Shown in pieces: positions 54,951-64,000 of a DNA stretch of 64,000 nucleotides. Position 1 is the stretch's first letter, and each line of letters begins with the position of its first letter. Origin of the DNA: Macrostomum lignano. Its lineage: Eukaryota. The stretch covers positions 124,001-188,000 of the forward strand of contig NIVC01000428.1 in NCBI GenBank assembly GCA_002269645.1, read 5' to 3'. A program made the position numbers and the translations under genes. The notes under the pieces are model-generated. The model was not told where the DNA came from, made no database searches, and was given only the letters and a program-made list of their open reading frames with translations.

Positions 54951-56027
54951 TCACTTGCCAGCCCCAGCGGCGGAGCCCGGCAGTTCGTAGCCGGCGTCCA
55001 GCAGCTGCTGCCGGGTGAGGAAGTTCAGGGATTCGTCCCGACTCACGTAGGGATTCGAGATAGCCGTTGCTCCCGTTAAATTTACTGACGCCGCCGGTCG
55101 GCGACTTTCGGCGGCAGTGCCGCCGCCTCCGTTCGTCTCCATGGCGCGCTCGTAGCGCCGTTTTCTAAGAAACTTGTAGATCTGCAGCCGCCTGGCCTCC
55201 AGCTCCGGATCGGCGAATGTGAACTCCCAGCGGAGGGAGGCGTCTTTGTCGGTTAGGAACTGCAGCACCTGGGCGGGCGGGGGTCCTGCGGCTGTTATTG
55301 CCTGTGCCTGGGGATCTGGGGGGGGGGGGGGGCTAGCCAAACAACTGAGTATCTGCGAGGCTGGCCCAACAACTGAGTATCTGGGAGGCTGGCCCAACAA
55401 CTGAGTATCTGGGAGGTTGGCCCAACAACTGAGTATCTGGGAGGCTGGCCCAACAACTGAGTATCTGGGAGGCTGGCCCAGCAACTGAGGATCTGGGAGG
55501 CTGGCCCAACAACTGAGTATCTGGGAGGCTGGCCCTGCAACTGAGGATCTGGGAGGCTGGCCCAGCAACTGAGGATCTGGGAGGCTGGCCCAGCAACTGA
55601 AGATCTGGGAGGCTGGCCCAGCAACTGAGGATCTGGGAGGCTGGCCCAGCAACTGAGGATATGAGAGGCTGGCCCAGCAACTGAAGATCTGAGAGGCTGG
55701 CCCAGCAACTGAGGATCTGGGAGGCTGGCCCAGCAACTGAGGATCTGGGAGGCTGGCTCAACAACTGAGGATCTGGGAGGCTGGCCCAGCAACTGAGGGT
55801 CTGGGAGGCTGGCCCAGCAACTGAGGGTCTGGGAGGCTGGCCCAGCAACTGAGGATCTGTGGTAAAGGTGGCGAGGAGGAAGATGATATAGAAGTGAATG
55901 ACAGGAAATTTACCTGCTGGGTCGCAGCATCATTTGGCACCTCCTTATAGAGCTTGGCCAAGTCCTCGGGCTCCTGGAACGAACACGGAGAATTGGATTT
56001 TGTCGATTTTATGTTGACAATCGACAT
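54951..56027 (-). CDS. Small protein with a LIAT1-domain-like motif (~143 aa)
   Basis: Exon 56027(ATG) or 55973 to 55914 (EPEDLAKLYKEVPNDAATQQ, donor GTAAAT), then exon 55268-54951 containing DASLRWEFTFADPELEARRLQIYKFLRKRRYE. This resembles, from memory, the LIAT1 domain [30 protein letters not shown]. Start uncertain. Confidence 0.65.
55336..55860 (+). repeat. 28-bp minisatellite (GCAACTGAGGATCTGGGAGGCTGGCCCA)n in the intron of the LIAT1-like gene
   Basis: Period 28 (55561 and 55589), about 19 copies. Confidence 0.92.
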
Positions 56028-56516
56028 TCGACAACATAGGCATTTTCTCTTAAGCAGTTTCTGAACCTTCAAGACAAGCTAAAGAAAAATTAATTAACAG
56101 ACACAAGTGAAACAATCTTTTGATTTGATTAGAAATGCCAAGAGCTTCAAACAAATGAGTACTGTATTAATATATTTATTTACACAGCTGCACAAAATAA
56201 GTGGATACATAAATTAAAGCCTAATTATCAAACACTTGTAAATTAATATAAAAATATTGAATGCATACGGCGACACTAAAGCAGATTTATTGATAAAATT
56301 GACAAAATCGGATTGCGATGCACACTGCAAATGCGAGTTGACATTATAACCCAGACAATGTCAGTAGAGGCTTAAAATTTAAAATAATAGCAAAATTTGT
56401 CTTAAAAAAGTAGACAGCACCAAAGTGCATTCATTAATGGAACTTTCTAAAAACCCAGAAAGGCTGAACAGCACAGCATACTGGTTAAAATTCAGAACAG
56501 CGGGGTGAAAGCAAAA

Positions 56517-59248
56517 TCACAGGGCCGGCGGCAGCAACGGCTTGAAGTAGTTGGTGATCAGCTGAGCCGACGGCGAGGCCGCCGCCGGATCTCCGACGCC
56601 GCGAACACGGTCGGGCGTGCCGCCACTGAACAGCTTCGATTGTCGCGAGACTCGCCGCCGCTTAGCAGACTGCGGCTGCTGCTGGTTGACGAGCTGCAGC
56701 GGCCGGAGCGGCGAGTGCGCGGCAGTCGGCGACGGCGACTTCATAGCCGGGCGCTTCGACAGCCGGCGATTCGGCGTGTTGGTCGAATCGCGCAGCATTG
56801 ACAGCGGCGGCGGAGGAGTGGATGGAGGCGTCAGCGCCGGCTGCTGCAGCAGGGTCAGCTGTCGGCGCTGCGGGCTTTGATGCGGATTCGGGCGCGAGAA
56901 AGCGGCCGAAGGCGCCGCCAGGGTGGCCGACAGGAATTTGCGGATGTTCATCTGACGCTGCTGGCCAGTTGACGACGCCGAAAGCTTCGTCTGAAACGTC
57001 GGCGTCGACGATGACGACACGGCGGTGGGCCACCGGCAGCTCCAACAGCCGTCGCCGCTGCCGCTATCAGCCAAGGAGGCCAGGGCGCGCAGCCGGACTC
57101 GTTCAGCCTCGGCCGCTGGGCCCTCCATCTCCCAGTGCCGGCGGCGGCGGAGGCGCCACAGTCGCACGGTGCAATCGTCGGACAGCGTGGCCAACCGGAG
57201 CGGATCGCAGTTGCCCGGACACCAGACGGCCACGGGCACTTCGGCGTCGAAGCCGGACAGCAGAGCCGGCGGCTGGCCCGCCTGCTGCCAGTCGGTGGCG
57301 TACAGGGCCACCCGACAGTCGTTGCTACCGGCGGCCAGGAAGCGGCCGTCGGGGCTGACGCTGACTCGCGAGTAGAAGGCGTCAACCCGGTGCTGGCCGC
57401 GGTACACTGCGCTGGGCTCGGGCCGCAGCATCAGCGGCCGGAACTCGTAGACCGCGGAGTCCAGACAGCTGGCGAACAGGCGGCCCCTGTCGAAGGCCAG
57501 GTGAGAGTAGCCGTGCGGCTTGCCCGGCCCCGGGTAGGCCAGGATTTGCCGAGGCGTCAGCGGCTTCGGCGCCGACACGGACGAACGACGGCGTCGAGGC
57601 GTCAAGGCGCCCGATCCTGAGGCTGACAGGGCGCGGATGTCCCACAGTTGGATGACGCCGTCGGCCGCGCCGCAGGTGGCCAGACTGTTCGAGTCGATGA
57701 ACACCGCGCAGGTGACGCTGCTGGCGCCGCCACCTCCGCCACTGCTGGCCCCGACGGTCGCATGACTTCGCCGACGCCTGGCAGCGGTGGATGATGAAGC
57801 CGCACGTCGAGACGCGGCGCTGCTGCCGCTGCCGATAACAGGGCCACCGGCGTGGGCGTCAGGAATGACGCCGACGGAGCCGCCAGGAGTTCGCGAGTCC
57901 CACAGCCGTACTGTGCCGTCGCGCGAGCTGCTGCAGAACTGGCCGCCACTGGCCGGCTCGCCTGGCCGACAGCTGAGGCTCTTCACCGAGCTCGTGTGGC
58001 CATTGAAGGCGCGAATCTCGCGACGGTCCAGGCACGAGTGCAAGCGCACCTGAGGTTAGAGGCAGAATTAAAAGTTTTTTAGTATTCATTTCGCAATGGA
58101 AATGCTAAATTCCAAGAAATGCCAAGAACCTACAAACAGGTAGGTTGTTACCCCCTCCCTGAGCCTTCAGTAGGCTGCTACCCCCTCCCTGAGCCTTCAG
58201 TAGGCTGCTACCCCTTCCCTGAGCCTTCAGTAGGCTGCTACCCCCTCCCTGAGCCTTCAGTAGGCTGCTACCCCCTCCCTGATCCTTAAGTAGGCTGCTA
58301 CCCCCTCCCTGAGCCTTCAGTAGGCTGTTACCTAACCCCTGAGCCTTCAGTAGGCTGTTACCTAACCCCTGAGCCTTCAGTAGGCTGTTACCTAACCCCT
58401 GAGCCTTCAGTAGGCTGTTACCCCCTCCCTGAGCCTTCAGTAGGCTGCTACCCCCTCCCTGATCCTTCAGTAGGCTGCTACCTCCTCCCTGATCCTTCAG
58501 TAGGCTGCTACCTCCTCCCTGATCCTTCAGTAGGCTGCTACCCCCTCCCTGATCCTTCAGTAGGCTGCTACCTCCTCCCTGATCCTTCAGTAGGCTGCTA
58601 CCCCCTCCCTGATCCTTCAGTAGGCTGCTACCCCCTCCCTGATCCTTCAGTAGGCTGCTACCCCCTCCCTGATCCTTCAGTAGGCTGCTACCTCCTCCCT
58701 GATCCTTCAGTAGGCTGCTACCCCCTCCCTGATCCTTCAGTAGGCTGCTACCCCCGATGCAGCAGACCCTGCCCTAGCAGACCAAGCAGCAGCAGACCCC
58801 ATCCCCTGATACTTCAATCACTCACAGTTTTATCCCCAGACGCAGTCAACAGCTGGTCGGCACTATCTGCCATCCATTGCACATCAAAAATGGCATTCCG
58901 ATGCGCCCGCCAGGCCGTCAACAGGCCGGAGCCGGCTGGCAGCTCCGTGTCCATCAGCAGGACGCCGCCTTCCTCGTCGCCAACAGGTAGCAGGCTGGGC
59001 CGGTCGGGCCGCTTGCAGAAATCGGCCTGCATCGGCGGCACCCGCGGACTGACGTCGCCGGCCACCTCGAGAGTGTCGGACCAGGCCAGCTCCAGGTGGG
59101 ACAGGAATTCGGTTGGGAACGGCCGCGCGCTCAGGCTGTCCGACATTGACAAGGCCGAAGGCAGCGGGCCAAGTGGCCGACGGAGCAGCGAAGCGAAAAC
59201 TCTGGGGCACTGCAGCTTGGCATCAGCCAGGCTGTGTTTGTTGTGCAT
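56517..59248 (-). CDS. DTL: Denticleless/CDT2, WD40 substrate receptor of CRL4 (~651 aa)
   Basis: Exons 59248-58826 and 58049-56517. DEEGGVLLMDT...WRAHRNAIFDVQW...LLTASGDKT, GHTSSVKSL...SRDGTVRLWDSR, GYSHL...LFASCLD, FYSRVSVSPDGRFLAAGSND, WCP...LATLSDDCTVRLWRL, then a Ser/Pro/basic tail ending QLITNYF. Confidence 0.92.
58141..58755 (+). repeat. 30-bp minisatellite (TAGGCTGCTACCCCCTCCCTGAGCCTTCAG)n in the DTL intron
   Basis: About 20 near-identical copies. Confidence 0.93.
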
Positions 59249-59992
59249 GTCTGTCTGCCCACAGACTGGGGAGGGGGCTGGCTGGAGGGGTGTGAGATGT
59301 GGTTATCAATTAGTGTCTTGAGGTTGTGTTTAAAACACATGTTCCAGGTTAACATGCTATCAAAGACTACACTGTCGTGTCATGTGTTTTAAGAACTTCT
59401 TACTAACTGTGCATGGATTGCACAGTGTTATGCATTTTTGCTGCAGTAGCTAACATACCATACATGTCTTTTGTCTAGTAACCTCATAACTTGTAATATC
59501 ATAACTAAGCAATAATAAGACATACTAGAATCAAATAGTTAATATGCTATTTTACTAGATAGAAGTCAAAGACATCTAATACTAGGCTTAGTTATGCAGA
59601 AATTATGCCCTTTCAATATCCTAGACTTTGAAAATCCTGGGATTCTTAGGATTGAGATATCCCAGACTTTGCCAATCCTGTAATCCTGACAAATTGGGCT
59701 AGGATCCCAGGATCCTGGGATTAAAAAAGGCTAATCTGTTGGTGCAATTTTGGTTTACAAAGCTATCTTCTTTGAAAACAAAGAAAAATATTATGCCAAC
59801 AAAAAACTGACAATGAGCTTTTGAATTAGAGTGTGACATATAGGCAGGCATAATAAATATACTTTTTTATATGCCAATATCAACTTAGGAAAATCACACT
59901 TGATTATAATGTAACCTGGGGAATAATTGATTACAAAGCTATGGCCCAAGATACTAATACTAGGGTAAAAAGGATCAGACCTTATCCTCCTA

Positions 59993-60348
59993 TTTATTAG
60001 AGGCAGGGGGGTTGTGTGCAGCCTGGCGCACTTTAAGCGACATAGGCACACAACCGGCGAGAGGCATTACTGCCCATTCCGCCGACTCCCCTGAGCAGGC
60101 ACACAAGCGCGCGGATATGTACGCAGGCACACTCACACAGGAGTGTACAGCGGCCCTAACTTTATTTTATCGTTAGGCATGTACACTTCACTGCACCTTG
60201 GGGGGTTGGCTCTCAAGGCTGTTAATTGCACGAGCAGAGCCAAGCCGAGATTCCAATTCAGCCCCAAATTAATGTGACTGCACTTGGAATCAAGCCTGGG
60301 TCGCTGGCACACCAGAGCCTGCACTAGACCGCTGGGCTACGCCCCCCC
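59993..60348 (-). mobile_element. tRNA-derived SINE, copy A (~356 bp)
   Basis: Minus-strand head GGGGGGCGTAGCCCAGCGG (A-box-like) ... GGCTTGATTCC (B-box-like); AATAAA tail; 11-bp TSD TTATCCTCCTA at 59982-59992 and 60349-60359. Confidence 0.85.
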
Positions 60349-60885
60349 TTATCCTCCTACTCCTAGGAGCATTTGCCCTAGATAGAGAATTGGTAGCTTA
60401 GATTTTGGTCTAATAGCAAGGTTCCATTGTTCTTAGCCTTGGCTAAGGAGTTTTAAAAGTAGGGAGTCAGGGACTACTTAAGGTATTTTACTATCCTAAT
60501 GCTTTTTACTGGGGTAAGCCACTAGCTAGATATCTAAAAGGTCTCTTAACAGTGCTAAGAATAAGGTCTTTCCTATATGGGGGCTTTTGATCTGTGCAAG
60601 GTTAAGAGTTAAGACCCCTTGATTTTAGCTAGGTTTGAGGTAGAGGGAAAGTTCAAATAAACAATTATTTGACTCCTGTCTGGCAAGTTCTAGTGCTATA
60701 ATAAAAAACAATAAGGAATTGGCTTTTATTGCTTTAGGCTCTATGCATAGGTTTTAGAATATAGTTTACTAATATTATGTATACACTTACATAGGCCCTC
60801 TCTATATATTTATTATACCTAAAATCTAACAATTTTCTAATAGGCCTAGCTTCAGTCTTGTATCCTTACAATCTTAGCCTTCTCA

Positions 60886-61240
60886 GGGGGGCCGTAGCCC
60901 AGCAATAGCGCAGCTGCTCTGATGTGCCAGTGACCCAGGCTCAATTCCAAGTGCAGTCACATTAATTTGGGGCTGAATTGGAATCTTGGCTTGGCTTTGC
61001 TTGTGCAGCTAATAGCTTCAAGAGCCAACCCTCCAAGGCGCAATGAAGTGTATATGCCTAACAATAATATAAAGTTAGGGCTGCTGTACACTCCTGTATG
61101 TGTGCCTACGTACATATCCGCGCGCTTATATGCCTGCTCAGGGAAGTTGGTAGTATGGGCAATAATGCCTCTTGCTAGTTATGTGCCTGTCACTTAAAGT
61201 ATGCCAAGGTGCATATAACCCCCTTGCCTCTAATAAAAAA
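60886..61240 (+). mobile_element. tRNA-derived SINE, copy B (same family, inverted relative to A)
   Basis: Aligns end-to-end to the reverse complement of copy A; A-tail; 15-bp TSD ATCTTAGCCTTCTCA (60871) / ATCCTAGTCTTCTCA (61241). Confidence 0.85.
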
Positions 61241-64000
61241 ATCCTAGTCTTCTCACTAGCCTTAGCCAGTTAGCCTACATGCTTCAAAAGATTAATAAAT
61301 CAAAGCAAGACAGCTGGGTTATGATTTTAATTTGATAAGTACTTGAAGAAGCTCAGTTACAAATAATATTACTTAGGAATAAATGATTGAATTATTGCAA
61401 ATTATCATTAGGATCCCATCCTAATAATAGTCATTCTTAGGATTTTCTAATACTAGATAAGTTTGATTCTAAACCTTAGGATTTAGGCATAATCCAGGGA
61501 TTAGGCCTATGGGATCTTAGGATCCCAAGATTGTATTCCTTAATTAGGCAAATTAGACCAACATTTCAAAATATAGTAATTGTAGTATAGAAGTCATAAA
61601 GGCTAGAGCCAATCTAAAGCCTAGGCTAAGGCAACTTATAGGCCTAAGCCTATATATGCCCACAATAGCAGTTAGCTAGGCTAGGCCTAGTTTTTAGTAG
61701 TTTTATTAAACTATAATTAGATTAATACTATTAGACTAGGCCCCTATTAAACTTCTTTAAGTTTAGGCCTAAGGCAATAAAGTCTAGGGCTAGGGCCTAA
61801 GCCTTACTCTTTAATTTAGTGGCATAATATAGAAAGGATGGAAAGGCCAGTTGCCCCCCTTTATGTGAAGACTAGAAAAAAATCAAAAGGAGGACCAAGC
61901 AAATGTTTGCCAAAATACAGAGCTATATCCTGCATCCCCTCCACCCTCTTTTGGGTCTTAAGCCTCCAGAATAATGAATATACCCCCCTCAACAAATTTC
62001 TGGTTGCACTAGCTAAGTGCCCTAATTTATTATAAGTTTATTTTTAATCTTATTTGATAGTCATTTTGTCTGCAGCAAGTTCAGTTGCAACTCTTGCTGC
62101 CGCTGGCAGACAAAAAAGTAGGCCTAGCACTCAAACTAACTATTTAGACTTAGGCCTATGCACAGTAATGCACCTAAATCTCATTAGGCCTATCTCACCC
62201 AACAAAAAATACAAATATTTTCAAGAGTTTTTGTAGTTGACTATTCTTGCTCTGGTGTGGTGGCTAGGTTAGTTAGAACCTAAGCTAAGTAGGCACAGTA
62301 GGCCAGCCTAGATTATAGGGCATCCAAGCATGTTAACTTAGGGCCTACTTAATGATTATAGTCTTAGGATATGTGCATGAGCATAGCGTGCAAAATTTTT
62401 GTTGTTGTATGATTATCATTCAATTTAGATTTTAAAATCACTGTAAGAAAATACAGACCCAAGGACTCTATGTATCTGAATTAATAAGAAAACTTAAAGT
62501 GAGAATGAGCTTTAAATACTTGTTTATATCAGACAGACCTTAAATATTTTTCGCAGAAAACAGTAATAAAAATTAACAATTCGTTCATTCATTCGTTCGT
62601 GCATATGGCATATTATAGGCTACAGCATGCATATATGATGTATGTAGCCTATACATCCACCTATTTATTAAGTCTATATATATATAGACTATCGTTCGTG
62701 CATATGGCATATTATACACTAACTACTGAATTCACCAGCTGTTGGGTTCACCGGATTTTTAACTTTATTTTTAAGGCTTAAAAATATATATAATCGATAG
62801 CGCAAGTAAAACTAGAGATGCGCCTAGACTTTTGTATGATTTTATGATTAGTATAATCATATACCAAAGATAATGGCATTTTAAAATAAGGATGCACTAG
62901 CCATGATTGTATGAATATCTCTGCATAGGCCTAGGCCTAGAAGTTGCTTTTCTTTCTTTCTTATAATGTAAGTGCCTATATGAGCTATAAACTATAGTTC
63001 AGAATCAGAAAGCAACATATATTAGGATTTCCTAGCATATAACAAGGGTACTTGCCATTTTTTCAGCAGCTTAGCATATATCCCAATATATATGATAATG
63101 AAAACATGTGTGCTAGGGGTATTTCCTGTACGATACAAAATCCTACCACTGTAACCAAAGTTGTTACAGGTTTATAATTTCTTCTATTAAATTTCTGCTG
63201 CTGACACCAAATCTTGCCTTAATATTTCTAACTGTTTCTTAGAACTTCATTCAAATATTCCTGGGTAGTGTTCTGGTAGCGTTCTAGTAGCTTATAGCCT
63301 GAGTGGTCTAGTGCTGGTATATGTATTTTCTCTCTCCAGTCTGGGCGTTACTGAGATTAGAGGGTCACAGCGATTACTCTTAGTACTACTCTTTGCATGA
63401 ATCCTAAGTGCAACCTTCAACCTTCTTCACAATACTTTTAGAAATGAACAATGATCTGAGAAAGATTTATTGAACACGTTTTGAGCTTATATGTTATAGC
63501 TAGTAAACGAGTTATCTCTTCTTCCTCTCAGCCTGCTCCTATTTATACTATTTGAACGTGTGTATTTTTAACAAATATCAAATATTGAGAATATATAGAA
63601 TATATAGAATATTTTGTAGAGTAAAACAAATTATTAGTGCAGATTCAAACTGTTATATTCCTAGAAACTATTAACCACTTCTACAACTTTCTTCCTCTAA
63701 CATAAATTTTAAACAAAAGCATTGCTACAGTGAAAAATTTATAAATAGTCATAGTAGTACATATAGCTTAGAAGCCATCATATTAAGAACAGGAAAGCAT
63801 AGAAAATGTAAAAGACAACAATTATATCAAGTAGGTGCTTTGGTGCTATAGAACAACTAAAAATGTAGTGCATAAGGTGAGCATGAAAGTAAATTGGTTT
63901 TAAAGCACACGGTAGAAATTTGGTTTAAAATGCTCATAACACAAAACAAAAGAAAATACACTTGGCATAGAATGTTCAAAGTCAATTACCAAGTTTAAAA

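Noticed and set aside
60290-60960. tRNA genes at the SINE heads
   Set aside because: A/B-box-like motifs are present but no cloverleaf can be drawn, and they continue into ~280 bp of shared body with A-tail and TSD, so they are SINEs.

Overview
Eukaryotic (animal) genomic DNA with GT-AG introns, very GC/CpG-rich exons and introns packed with minisatellites. The overall style suggests a flatworm such as Macrostomum, which is inference only. Six multi-exon protein-coding genes can be reconstructed by hand: a giant apolipophorin/apoB-type large lipid transfer protein (minus, 20237 down to 628, probably continuing out of the window), PEX3, PRMT5 and CRAMP1/cramped (plus), and a small LIAT1-domain-like protein and DTL/CDT2 (minus). 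There is also an orphan ROR-like kinase exon. Between the gene clusters lie AT-rich, CpG-poor, TpA-rich blocks (about 26.2-33.9 kb, 46.4-49.3 kb and 59.3-64 kb) built from transposon relics: mariner, Mutator-type MITE, PHD-FLYWCH element, Gypsy fragment, solo LTR and tRNA-derived SINEs. The most striking signal is that these dispersed TEs are hypermutated almost exclusively by C>T/G>A transitions, including many non-CpG (CpA/TpG, CpT, CpC) sites. This is measurable between two SINE copies, between the two mariner TIRs and even between two copies of one target-site duplication. Adjacent exons, intronic tandem repeats and a solo LTR keep their CpGs. It looks like a RIP-like, TE-targeted mutator in an animal genome. 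A second theme is intronic minisatellites built from splice-signal-like sequence. All coordinates and counts come from manual reading and need computational confirmation.
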